Origin: an uncultured delta proteobacterium
GTDB taxonomy: Bacteria; Myxococcota; Myxococcia; Myxococcales; Anaeromyxobacteraceae
Assembly (NCBI GenBank): GCA_963766715.1
Contig: CAVYBH010000013.1
Span: 32,001 to 96,000, forward strand
Reading direction: 5' to 3'
Length of the DNA: 64,000 nucleotides
Shown: piece by piece, positions 1 to 9,812 of the stretch
How positions within the stretch are numbered: the first letter of the stretch is position 1
Layout of the letters: every line of letters begins with the position of its first letter
Translations under genes and position numbers: made by a program
Notes under the pieces: model-generated
What the model saw: the letters and a program-made list of their open reading frames with translations, nothing else
Told to the model about the DNA's origin: nothing
Databases searched by the model: none

Positions 1-595
1 CGAGGCGGAGGATCTCGACGTGGGGAATGGCCCGCAGCGCCTCGAGCAGCCAGCCGATGCGCTCGTCGGAGAGGGCGAGCGGGTCGCCGCCGGAGACCAC
101 GACGTCCCGCACCTCGGGGTGGGCCCGCACGTAGGCGATCCCCTCCAGGGCCGAGTCGCGGTCGAAGGCTCCCTCCTCCCCGCCGGTGATGCGCCGCCGG
201 GTGCAGTGCCGGCAGTAGACGGCGCAGTGGTCCGCGGCGAGGAAGAGGACGCGGTCCGGGTACTTGTGCACCACGGCCCGGACCGGGCGCCGGCCGTCCT
301 CGCCCAGCGGGTCGCGGAGGTCGCCGGGGGACTCGTCGACCTCGGCCGCCACCGGGATGACCTGCATCCGCACGGGACAGCCGGGGTGGTGAGGGTCCAT
401 CAGCGACGCGTAGTAGGGCGTGGCGCCGACGCGGAACCGGCCCGCCGATCCCGCCAGCCCGCGGCGCTCCTCGGGCGTGAGGTCGACGAGGGTCTCCAGG
501 TCGGCGGCGGTGCGGAGCATGTGGCGCTGCTGCCAGCGCCAGTCGCCCCAGTCCGCGTCGGAGACGCCGGGGAATGAGTTCCGGGATCCGGTCAT
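1..595 (-). CDS. KamA-family radical SAM aminomutase (lysine 2,3-aminomutase-like), 5' part; runs off the window start
   Basis: Absent from the ORF track. Manual translation from ATG 595: MTGSRNSFPGVSDADWGDWRWQQRH...TPYYASLMD...CPVRMQ...HKYPDRVLFLAADHCAVYCRHCTRRR...RDVVVSGGDPL, with the CxxxCxxC motif. Confidence 0.9.
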   Translation of the reverse strand, partial: MTGSRNSFPGVSDADWGDWRWQQRHMLRTAADLETLVDLTPEERRGLAGSAGRFRVGATPYYASLMDPHHPGCPVRMQVIPVAAEVDESPGDLRDPLGEDGRRPVRAVVHKYPDRVLFLAADHCAVYCRHCTRRRITGGEEGAFDRDSALEGIAYVRAHPEVRDVVVSGGDPLALSDERIGWLLEALRAIPHVEILRL

Positions 596-622
596 GGGGT
601 CCGCGAGCCACGCGGCGGGCGG

Positions 623-652
623 AAGCTAACCGGCGTTCCCGTCCCAAGTCAA
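623..652 (-). promoter_or_regulatory. Putative sigma70 promoter for the minus-strand KamA gene
   Basis: Minus strand TTGACT-N18-TAGCTT, about 27 nt upstream of ATG 595. Confidence 0.5.
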
Positions 653-764
653 ACCTCGCCTCCCGCGCGGCGCTGCGTATCATCCGGCGCCGGGGAGCCG
701 TGTGGCGCGCCGGCGCCCGCGTTAGGAGAAGGGCAGCGGCCCGGGGGCCGCGGAGGAGTCGCGA

Positions 765-1946
765 ATGGCCACGCTTCCCATGATGCAGGACGATCCGAGC
801 GCGCCCGATCCGCGACCGCCGGCTGCGGTGACGGGGCGCTTCCCGGTCGGGCCGCGCTCGGCCTGGAAGGACGTGCCGGACGCCCAGTGGAACGACTGGC
901 ACTGGCAGCAGCGGGAACGGGTCACCCGCCTCGACCAGCTCGAGAAGGTGATCCGCATCACCGAGGACGAGCGCCGCGCCGCCGTGGAGACCGAGAAGGA
1001 CTTCCACATGGGCATCACGCCCTACTACGCGGCTCTCATGGACCCGGACGACCCGCACTGCCCCATCCGGCTCCAGTCGGTCCCGACCATGGGCGAGACC
1101 ATCGTGGCGGCGGCGGACCTCGACGACCCGCTCGCCGAGGAGCGGGACATGCCGGTTCCCGGCATCACCCACCGCTACCCGGACCGCGTGCTCTTCTACA
1201 TCACGCACAACTGCCCGGTGTACTGCCGCCACTGCACCCGGAAGCGGAAGGTGGCCGACCCCACCTCCGCGGCGGCGAAGAAGCAGGTGGAGGACGGCCT
1301 CGACTACATCGCGCTCCACCCCGAGATCCGCGACGTGGTCATCTCCGGCGGGGACCCGCTCTCCCTCTCCGACGACCGCCTCGACTACATCCTGGGACGG
1401 CTGCGCGCCATCCCGCACGTGGAGATCTTCCGCCTGGGGACGCGCAACCTCGTCACCCTCCCCCAGCGCGTGACCGACGACTTCGTGCGGATGCTCCGCA
1501 AGCACCAGCCGGTCTACGTGAACACCCACTTCAACCACCCCAAGGAGTGCACGGCGGAGGCCTTCGAGGCCGCCCGCCGGCTCGCCGACGGCGGATGCGT
1601 CATCGGCAACCAGATGGTGCTGCTGAAGGGCGTCAACGACGACCCGAAGACGGTGATGGAGCTGAACCACAAGCTCCTGCTCATGCGCATCCGGCCCTAC
1701 TACATCTACCAGTGCGACCTGGCGAAGGGCATCAGCCACTTCCGCACCACGGTGGAGGCGGGAAGGAAGATCATCCGCTCCCTGCGCGGCTTCACGAGCG
1801 GGCTGGCGGTCCCGCACTTCGTGGTGGACGCGCCCCAGGGCGGCGGGAAGATCCCGGTCAACCCCGACTACGTGACCCGTCACGAGGGGAAGAAATGGGT
1901 CTTCCGGAACTTCCAGGGCAAGGACTTCACCTACTTCGAGCCCTAG
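765..1946 (+). CDS. kamA: KamA-family radical SAM protein, lysine 2,3-aminomutase-like
   Basis: WNDWHWQ, HRYPDRVL, CPVYCRHCTR, SGGDPL, HFNHP, YQCD and the PLP-lysine motif DAPQGGGKIP. Confidence 0.88.
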   Translation: MATLPMMQDDPSAPDPRPPAAVTGRFPVGPRSAWKDVPDAQWNDWHWQQRERVTRLDQLEKVIRITEDERRAAVETEKDFHMGITPYYAALMDPDDPHCPIRLQSVPTMGETIVAAADLDDPLAEERDMPVPGITHRYPDRVLFYITHNCPVYCRHCTRKRKVADPTSAAAKKQVEDGLDYIALHPEIRDVVISGGDPLSLSDDRLDYILGRLRAIPHVEIFRLGTRNLVTLPQRVTDDFVRMLRKHQPVYVNTHFNHPKECTAEAFEAARRLADGGCVIGNQMVLLKGVNDDPKTVMELNHKLLLMRIRPYYIYQCDLAKGISHFRTTVEAGRKIIRSLRGFTSGLAVPHFVVDAPQGGGKIPVNPDYVTRHEGKKWVFRNFQGKDFTYFEP

Positions 1947-1959
1947 CCGATCCGGCCGG

Positions 1960-2526
1960 TCAGGTCCCGGAGGTCACCACCGCCAGCATCCGCGCGGGAG
2001 CGCTTCCCAGCCCGCGGAAGAGGTGCGGCCGCGTGGCGTCGAGGTAGGCGCTGTCCCCGGGCCCGAGCACGCAGCGCTTGCCGTCGTGGGTGAGCTCGAT
2101 GGAGCCCTCCAGCACGAAGACGAACTCCTGCCCGTCGTGGGCCAGCGGGCGCGCGTCGGTGACGGCCGGATCGAAGGTGAGCAGGAAGGGCTCCATCTGG
2201 TGCCCCGGCGTCCCTGGACGCGTCAGGCTGCGGAAGGTGTAGCCCTGGTCGGTGTCGCCCTGGTCGAGCCCGGGCCGGCTCTCGCTGGCCCGGGTCACGG
2301 TCAGCGCCTCGGAGGCGAAGCCGCCCCCGTGGAGCAGCCCCCCCACCTTGGAGCCCAGCACCCGCGACAGCTTGATGACCACGCCGATGGAGGGCACCTC
2401 GTTGCCCTCCTCGAAGGCGGCCAGCCGGTCCGGGGACAGGCCCGCCATGCGGCACACGTCTTCCCGCGTCAGGTCCTGGGCCTCGCGCATCTTGCGGATC
2501 CGGATTCCGATGTCGGTCTGCATCAC
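1960..2526 (-). CDS. XRE-family HTH transcriptional regulator with C-terminal cupin domain
   Basis: N-terminal IGIRIRKMREAQDLT...EEGNEVPSI HTH; cupin HDGQEFVFVLEG...GDSAYLDATRPH; start at 2526 (GTG) or 2523 (ATG). Confidence 0.85.
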   Translation of the reverse strand: MMQTDIGIRIRKMREAQDLTREDVCRMAGLSPDRLAAFEEGNEVPSIGVVIKLSRVLGSKVGGLLHGGGFASEALTVTRASESRPGLDQGDTDQGYTFRSLTRPGTPGHQMEPFLLTFDPAVTDARPLAHDGQEFVFVLEGSIELTHDGKRCVLGPGDSAYLDATRPHLFRGLGSAPARMLAVVTSGT

Positions 2527-2542
2527 GTCCTCCCGGGCTGCC

Positions 2543-3469
2543 TCAGGATTCGCGCCTGGCCGGCACGATGCGCCCGCTTCGCTGGCGCAGGTCCCGCCAG
2601 TTGTGCTCGATGGCGGGGCGCAGGTCCGCGGCGCCGATCTCCGACTTCTGGAAGCGGCGCTGGAGCGACAGGTAGAGCTCGAGCGCCTCCTCGGAGAAGT
2701 CCGGCTCGACGTTGATGGTCAGCCGGGTCCCGTCCACGACCTCCACCACCGGGAAGAGCCCGGAGCGCACCGCCAGCCGCACCAGCTCGATCCCGAGCGC
2801 CGGCTCCGACTTCCAGCCGGTGGGACAGGGCGCCAGCACGTGGAGGAAGCGGAAGCCCTTCAGGTCGAGGGCCTTTCGCATCTTCCGGATGGCGTCCTGC
2901 GGGTGGGCCAGCGAGAGGGTGGCCGCGTAGGGAACGCGGTGGGCCGCCACGATCGCGAGCACGTCCTTCTTCTGCTCGGCCTTCCCGCGCAGGGTGTTGG
3001 TGGTGGCCGCCCCCGCCGGCGTGGCCGACGACCGCTGACCCCCGGTGTTCCCGTAGATCTCGTTGTCGTAGCAGACGTAGAGGATGTCCTCGTTGCGCTC
3101 GGCCGCCCCGGACAGGCTCGCCATGCCGATGTCGTAGGTGCCTCCGTCGCCGGCCCAGCAGACCACCCGGGTGTCCTCCCCGTTCAGCCGGGCCACCTGG
3201 CTCATCCCGGTGGCCACCGCGGCGGCCGAGCCGAAGGTGGAGAGGATGACCGGGACGCCCACCGCGGAGTACGGGAACGGCCCCACCGTGATGGCCCCGC
3301 AGCTGGCCGGGATGACGATCTGCAGCCGGCGGTCGTCCATGGCGCGCCCGAGGAACTGGAGCGCCGTGGACATGCCGCACCCGCCGCAGTTGCCGTTCCC
3401 CGGGCGGAGCAGCGGGTCGGCCGTGGGGCAGGTGGCGCCGGTGAGGGCGGTCAGGACCGATTCGCTCAT
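2543..3469 (-). CDS. porB: 2-oxoacid:acceptor oxidoreductase beta subunit (TPP-binding)
   Basis: Starts MSESVLT, overlapping the alpha stop codon; CGGCG, GDGGTYDIG...YDNEIYGNTGGQ TPP motif, PCPTGW. Confidence 0.85.
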   Translation of the reverse strand: MSESVLTALTGATCPTADPLLRPGNGNCGGCGMSTALQFLGRAMDDRRLQIVIPASCGAITVGPFPYSAVGVPVILSTFGSAAAVATGMSQVARLNGEDTRVVCWAGDGGTYDIGMASLSGAAERNEDILYVCYDNEIYGNTGGQRSSATPAGAATTNTLRGKAEQKKDVLAIVAAHRVPYAATLSLAHPQDAIRKMRKALDLKGFRFLHVLAPCPTGWKSEPALGIELVRLAVRSGLFPVVEVVDGTRLTINVEPDFSEEALELYLSLQRRFQKSEIGAADLRPAIEHNWRDLRQRSGRIVPARRES

Positions 3470-4629
3470 GTTCCCGCCTCCAGCAGCACCGGCGCGCCGG
3501 CCGCGGCGCGCGATGCGACGTCCTCGGCGATGGACAGGACGTGCGACGGCCGCACGTCGCCGCCGCCGACGCCGATCATGTAGCCCTGGACGACCGCGCC
3601 GGGGTCGGCGAGCCCGCGCGCCTCGCCCCAGAGGACTCCGCCGAAGCCCAGGCTGATGTTGCGGTCGATGACCGCGATCCGGCTCCGCCCCCGGAACGCG
3701 GCGGCGAGCTGCGCCGACGGGAACGGGCGGAACGTCCGGACCCGGAGCCCGCCCATCCGGATCCCCTTCTCGCGGGCCTCGTCCACGGCCCGCTCGACGG
3801 TGGAGGCGATGGTGCCCATCGACACCACCAGCACGTCGGCGTCGTCGACCCGGTAGGGGACGATCGGGTCGGCCGGGCGCCTTCCGAACTCGGCCTCGAA
3901 CGCGTCCTGCACCTCCCGGTAGACGTCCCAGACGCGGTCCATGGCCTGCTGGTGCTGGGCGCGGTGGACCTCGGTGGTGTGCGGGACGGTCACCCCGCCG
4001 ATGACCCGGGGGGTGCCGTCCATCCGGTCCGGGAGGTCGAGGGGCGGCAGGAAGCGATCCACCTTCTCCTGGGCCGGCACGTCGGTCCCCACCATGGTGT
4101 GGGAGAGGACGAAGGCCTCCTGGCACACCAGCACGGGGAGCTGGATGCGCCGGTCCTCGCCGAGCCGGTAGGCGCAGAGCACGCTGTCGAGCACCTCCTG
4201 GTTGTCGGCGCAGTAGAGCTGGATCCACCCGGAGTCGCGCAGCATCAGGGTGTCGCCGTGGTCGGCCCAGACGTTCCAGGGCGGACCCAGCGTGCGGTTG
4301 GCCGCGACCATCACCACCGGCAGCCGCAGGAGCGCCGCGGCCACCAGGTTCTCGGCCATGTAGGCGATGCCGTTCGACGACGAGGTGGTGAAGGTGCGCG
4401 CCCCGCTCGCCGAGGCCCCGATGCAGACCGCCATGGCGCTGTGCTCGCTCTCCACCCGGACGACGTGCCCCTTCTCGATCTCCTGGTTGCAGAGGAGCTC
4501 CATGCACTCGGTGGAGGGCGTGATCGGGTACACGCCGCTGCAGAAGCCGCGTCCCACGCGGTTGGCACGTCCGGCCAGGGCGGCGCCCAGGGCGGCTGCG
4601 TGGTTCGCGCTGAGCAGCTGTCCGGCCAT
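3466..4629 (-). CDS. porA: 2-oxoacid:acceptor oxidoreductase alpha subunit
   Basis: YPITPST, ESEHSAM, RTFTTSSSNG, RTFRPFP motifs. Confidence 0.88.
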   Translation of the reverse strand: MAGQLLSANHAAALGAALAGRANRVGRGFCSGVYPITPSTECMELLCNQEIEKGHVVRVESEHSAMAVCIGASASGARTFTTSSSNGIAYMAENLVAAALLRLPVVMVAANRTLGPPWNVWADHGDTLMLRDSGWIQLYCADNQEVLDSVLCAYRLGEDRRIQLPVLVCQEAFVLSHTMVGTDVPAQEKVDRFLPPLDLPDRMDGTPRVIGGVTVPHTTEVHRAQHQQAMDRVWDVYREVQDAFEAEFGRRPADPIVPYRVDDADVLVVSMGTIASTVERAVDEAREKGIRMGGLRVRTFRPFPSAQLAAAFRGRSRIAVIDRNISLGFGGVLWGEARGLADPGAVVQGYMIGVGGGDVRPSHVLSIAEDVASRAAAGAPVLLEAGT

Positions 4630-4633
4630 TCGA

Positions 4634-6905
4634 TCACCTCGCCGAGGCTTCCGGCACCATCTCCATGGCGCGCCGCGGACACTCCGCGACGCACATCCCG
4701 CACCCCTTGCAGTAGGCCTCGTCCACCCGGTAGCCGTCGCCCACGCGCCGGATGACCCCCTCCGGGCAGTAGAGGAGGCAGGTGTCGCAGTGGGTGCAGG
4801 TGCCGCAGGAGAAGCAGCGGTGCGCCTCCTCCGGCCCCGCGAGGCCGAGCGAGACCTCGTCGAAGCTCGCGGTGCGGCGCTCCATCGGGAGGTGCCGCTC
4901 CGCGTGGGGCGGCTCCACCTCGAAGTGCGTGAAGCGCACGTGCCCGGGCGTCACCCGATCGTCGGGGGAGGCCGCCTCGACCGCCGGATCGGGCTGGCCG
5001 GCCAGCGCCGCCAGCACCCGGGCCGCCGTCCGGCGCCCGCTGCCCAGGGCGTGGGTCACCGTGCCGTCGCCGGTGGCCATGTCTCCCGCCAGCCAGACGT
5101 TGGTGGGGCCGGCGGGGGAGACGGCGCGCCCGTCGCGCGCGGTCGTGCCCGGGGGCAGGAGCGAGAGATCGGCGCCCTGGCCCAGGGCGAGGAGCACCCG
5201 GTCGCAGGGAATCGTGCTCGTCCGGTCGGTCACGACCGGCCGCCGGCGCCCGCTGGCGTCGGGCTCGCCGAGCTCGACCTCGGCCACCTGCATCGCGGCG
5301 ACGCACCCCGTTCCGAGGATGCCCACCGGCTGCCGATGGGCGAGGAGCCGGACGCCCTCGGCCAGCGCCTCGTCGATCTCCGGCGCGATGGCCGGCATCT
5401 CCTTGCGCCCGCGCCGATAGACGAGCGTGACCGAGCCGGCGCCGAGGCGCAGCGCCGTTCGCGCACAGTCGATGGCGGTGTTGCCGCCCCCCACGACGAC
5501 GACGTGGCCGGAGAGGCGGGCCGCGCCGTCCCGCTTCGCCGCGTCGAGGAAGCGGATGCCCTGCACCACGCCCGGCAGGTCGATTCCCGGCACGTCGAGC
5601 CCGGTCAGCCGTGGAAGCCCCGCGGCGAGGATCACGGCATCGCTCTCCGCGGCGAGCCGGGCGACCCCGGCCGGCTCGAGGAAGGTCCCGGTCCGGGTCT
5701 TCACGCCGAGGGCCTGGACCCGGTCGAGGTCGCGGTCGAGCGCCTCGTCGGGGAGCCGGTAGGCGGGGATGCCGGTCCGCAGGACGCCGCCCAGCCGCGT
5801 CTCGCCCTCGTGGAGCGTGACGTCGTGGCCGGCCAGCGCCAGCGCCCAGGCCGCGCCCAGTCCGGCGGGCCCGCTCCCCACCACGGAGACCCTGCGCCGG
5901 ACGCCCTCGGGCGCGGGCGCCACCGGGCTCACCGTGGCGTGATCGCCAATCCAGCGCTCCAGGCCCCGGATGTCCACGGCGCCGTCGTAGGCGCCCCGGT
6001 TGCAGGCGGCCATGCAGGGCGCGGGGCAGACGCGACCGCACACGGAGGGGATCGGCTGGGTCCGGAAGAGGACGTGGGCGGCGGCCTCGACCCCCTCCTC
6101 CTTCAGCGCCTGGACGAAGCCGACCACGTCGTTCCCGGCCGGACACCCGGCGTTGCACGGCGCCTGGTGCGACCGGTAGATCGGCGCCTGGGTGCGCCAC
6201 GAGCCGGTCTGCAGCGGCGTGGGCAGGTCGCGAAGGTGCTCGGTGATGCCGACCACCGGGAGCGCCGTCGCCCCCGAGCGCGCCGAGGTCCCCCCGGCCG
6301 GCTCGTCGTCGGCCTCGCGGGCCTCGACCGAGTCCCAGGCCTCCCGGGCAGCGGCGAGATCGCGGGCCAGTCCCTGGGCGGCGAAGGCCCGCTCCACCGC
6401 GTCCCAGGGAAGTCCCACGGCGCGGGCGTAGGCCCCGGCCAGCGTGGTGTTGATGATGACCACCGCGCTCGTGCCGATGCCGTGGCGCCGCGCGATCTCG
6501 GTGGCGTCCACCGCGGACAGCCGGAAGTGACCGTGGGTGCCGGCGAAGGGCGCCAGTCCGCGCGCCGTGTTGAGGAGGACCACCGAGCCCGCACCCGCCC
6601 CGCCGAGCACGTCGTCGGCCAGGCAGGGCCGCGTCGAGCACGAGCAGGTGGTGCGGCTCGTACACCTTGTTCCGGTTGACGATGGGTGCGGTGTCGACGC
6701 GGGTGAAGGCGCGGATGGGGGCGCCGGTCCGCTCGGAGCCGTAGTCCCCGAACGTCTGCACGTGGAGGCCGAGCTCGGCGTAGATGGAGGCGACGATCTT
6801 GGCGCAGGTCACGCCGCCCTGCCCGCCGCGGCCGTGGACGCGGACCTCCAGGGGGAGCGGGATCTCCCGGGGGAAGCCAGCCGGAACCGTCGCCTTCTCG
6901 CCCAC
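4634..6905 (-). CDS. 2-oxoacid oxidoreductase gamma subunit fused to a GltD/NfnB-like FAD/Fe-S NAD(P) oxidoreductase and a C-terminal delta-type 2[4Fe-4S] domain (frameshift near 6625)
   Basis: GTG 6905 after GAGGAGG; gamma motifs HGRGGQGGVT and YGSERTGAP; after the shift INTTLAGA, TGSWR, CNAGCPAG, CGRVCPAPCMAAC, GSGPAG, GGGNTAIDCAR, YRR, CTHCDTCLLYCP, YCKGCGMCVAECP. Confidence 0.8.
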
Positions 6906-6948
6906 CGAACCCTCCTCCTCCGAGGGGCCAGCGTAGCGCAAACCGGGG

Positions 6949-7473
6949 CTAGCGGCGTCCCTTCTTCGGCGCCGGCTTCCGCCCGGCCGGAGCCGGCTTC
7001 GTCCGCCCGGCCTTCGCGCCCGGCTTCGCCTTCGCCTTGGCCTTGACCTTCACCTTGCGGGGCGCCGCCGCCGGCCGGGGGTGCTTCACGGCGTGGACCT
7101 CGACCTCGATCCGCGCGCCCTTGGGCAGCCCCGCCACCTGGATGGTGGATCGCGCCGGGAACGCCTCCTGGAAGCGGCGCGCGTAGACCTCGTTCATGGC
7201 GGCGAAATCGGCCAGGTCGACGAGGAACACGGTGGTCTTCACCACGTCGGCGAATTCCATCTCCGCGTGCTCCAGCACCGCCGCGATGTTCTCCATCACC
7301 CGCTCGGCCTGGGCGGTGATGTCGCCGGGGACGAGGTCGCCGGTGGCCGGGTCGATGGGGATCTGCCCGGCCGCGTGGAGCATCTGGACGCCGGGGAGGT
7401 GGTGGGTGACGACGGCCTGGCTGTAGGGGCCGATGGCCTTCGGGGCCTTGGGGCTGGCGATGGTCCTTCTCAC
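6949..7473 (-). CDS. ridA: RidA/YjgF/UK114 reactive-imine deaminase with Lys/Ala-rich C-terminal tail
   Basis: GTG 7473 after CAGGAGG; APKAIGPYSQAV, GQIPIDP, MNEVY, PARSTIQVAGLPKGARIEVE. Confidence 0.88.
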   Translation of the reverse strand: MRRTIASPKAPKAIGPYSQAVVTHHLPGVQMLHAAGQIPIDPATGDLVPGDITAQAERVMENIAAVLEHAEMEFADVVKTTVFLVDLADFAAMNEVYARRFQEAFPARSTIQVAGLPKGARIEVEVHAVKHPRPAAAPRKVKVKAKAKAKPGAKAGRTKPAPAGRKPAPKKGRR

Positions 7474-7496
7474 GGCGTCCTCCTGCTGCGGGGGTG

Positions 7497-9666
7497 TCAG
7501 ACGCGCTCCACGGAGTGGACTCCGTCCACCTTCTCCAGGCTGCGCATCACCGAGGTGAGCTGCTTCAGGTCCTGCACCGAGACCTCGAAGGAGAGCACGG
7601 CGCGCTCGGTGCCGGCGCGCACGTCGGCCTGGGCGATGTTCACCCCGGCCTCGCTGAAGATTTGGGAGACGCGGGCGAGCATGCCCGGCCGGTCGTCGCT
7701 CACCACCCGGACCGAGACCAGCCGCTTGAGGTCGCCCTTCACGTCCCAGGAGACGTCGACCCGCCGGAGCGGGTCCATGGCCAGCCCCTTCTCGCAGCGG
7801 GCGGTGTGCACCGTCACGCCGCGCCCCCGGGTGATGAACCCCACGATGGGATCCCCGGGCACCGGGTTGCAGCACTTGCCGTAGCGGACGAGGACGTCCT
7901 CGATCCCGCTGATGCGGACCCCGCCGGCCGGCCGCCGGGCCACCTTGCGGAAGAGCTCGGTGAGCCGGCTGGTCACGCCGGGCTCGGCGGGCGTGGCCAG
8001 CTTCTCCTCGGGAACGAGGAGCCGCACCACCTGATCGGGCGACACCTTGCCGTAGCCCATGGCCACGAGCAGGTCGTCCCCGATGCGATAGCCCAGCGCC
8101 GCGGCGGCCTTGTCGAGCGACCCGTCCTTCGCCGATCGCGAGAGCGACACGCCGTAGCGGCGCAGCTCGCGCTCGGCCACCTCCTTGCCGATCTCCAGCG
8201 ACCGCCTGTGCTCCGCCTGCCGGATGAACTGGCGGATGCGGGCCTGGGCGCGGCTGGTCCGGACGAAGGTGAGCCAGTCCTTGGAGGGCTGGGCGTGGGG
8301 CGAGGTGAGGATCTCGACGGTGTCGCCGTTCTTGAGCCGGTAGCGAAGCGGGACGATCTTGCCGTTCACCTTGGCGCCCACGCAGCTGTGGCCGATCTCG
8401 GAGTGGACCGAGTAGGCGAAGTCGAGCGGGGTCGCGCCGCGGGGCAGGCTCTTCACGTGCCCCTTGGGCGTGAAGACGAAGACCTCGTCGGCGAAGAGGT
8501 CGACCTTCACCGTCTCCAGGAACTCGGTGGGGTCGGAGAGCTCCTTCTGCCACTCGAGGAGCTGCCGGAGCCAGCCGTACTGCTCGGCGTCGCTGGCCCG
8601 GATCCGCTCCTTCCCCTTCCCGTCCCGGGGCGTCTCCTTGTACTTCCAGTGCGCGGCCACGCCCTGCTCCGCCACCTGGTGCATCTCCTCGGTCCGGATT
8701 TGGATCTCGATCCGCTCCGCCCGGGGGCCCGACCACGGTGGTGTGGAGCGACTGGTACAGGTTGGGCTTGGGGATGGCGATGTAGTCCTTGAATCGGCCC
8801 GGGACCGGCTTCCACAGCGAGTGGATGAGGCCGAGGGCCTCGTAGCACTGGGCCACCGACCCCACGATCACCCGGAACGCCACCAGGTCGTGGATCTGCT
8901 CGAAGGGCAGGTCCCCCTCGTGCATCTTCCGCCAGATGGAGTAGAGGTGCTTGACCCGGCCGTAGACCTTGCCCTGGATGCCGTTCTCGGCGAGCCGCGA
9001 CTGGATGACGTCGACCACCTCGAGGACGAACCGGTCGCGCTCCTTGGCCTTGCTCGCCACCCGCTCCTGGAGCTCGGCGTGCTCGGACGGCCGGAGGTAG
9101 CGGAAGGAGAGGTCCTCGAGCTCGGTCTTGACCGACTGCATGCCCAGCCGGTTGGAGAGCGGCGCGTAGATGTCGAGGGTCTCCTGGGCGATGCGCTCCT
9201 GCTTGTCCGGGCGCATGTGCTCGAGGGTCCGCATGTTGTGGATGCGGTCGGCCAGCTTGACGAGGAGGACGCGGATGTCCTTCGCCATGGCCACGACCAT
9301 CTTGCGGAAGTTCTCGGCCTGCTTCTCCTCCTTGGTGTTGCCGGCGGAGAACTGGGAGAGCTTGGTCACCCCGTCGACGAGGTCGGCCACCTCCTCGCCG
9401 AAGAGCTCGGCGATCTCCTCGCGCGTGGCGAGGGTGTCCTCGATGGTGTCGTGGAGCAGCCCGGTGACGATGGACGCCTCGTCCAGCCGGAGCTCGGCGA
9501 GGATCCCGGCCACCTCCAGCGGGTGGACGAGGTACGGCTCCCCCGACTTGCGGATTTGTCCCTGGTGGACCTTCGCCGAGTAGACGTAGGCCTTCTTGAT
9601 GACGTCGAGGTCCGCGGCGGCGTGGTAGGCGGCGACCTTGTCCAGGATGTCGTTGAGCCGCAGCAA
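7497..9666 (-). CDS. relA: Bifunctional (p)ppGpp synthetase/hydrolase Rel (frameshift near 8725)
   Basis: HQGQIRKSGEPYLVHP, hydrolase LLHDTIED, synthetase RFKDYIAIPKPNLYQSLHT; second frame carries TGS (VFVFTPKG, DFAYSVH), CCNPVPGD and ACT domain. Confidence 0.92.
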
Positions 9667-9812
9667 GTGAGCCTTTCAGCCTAGCCTCCCGTGCCGCATC
9701 GCGGCAAGGACGCCGAGGCCTCATGGGGCCCCTAACCGGGCGATCCTCGCGCCGCCAGCCACGGCCCGAAAGGCGACCGCCGGGGCGGGTCGACGGCAGA
9801 TACACTCGCGCC

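Noticed and set aside
6949..9666. 905-aa apparent Rel-RidA fusion ORF
   Set aside because: Artefact of the frameshift near 8725. The Rel C-terminus is in another frame and stops at 7497, and ridA has its own SD and GTG at 7473
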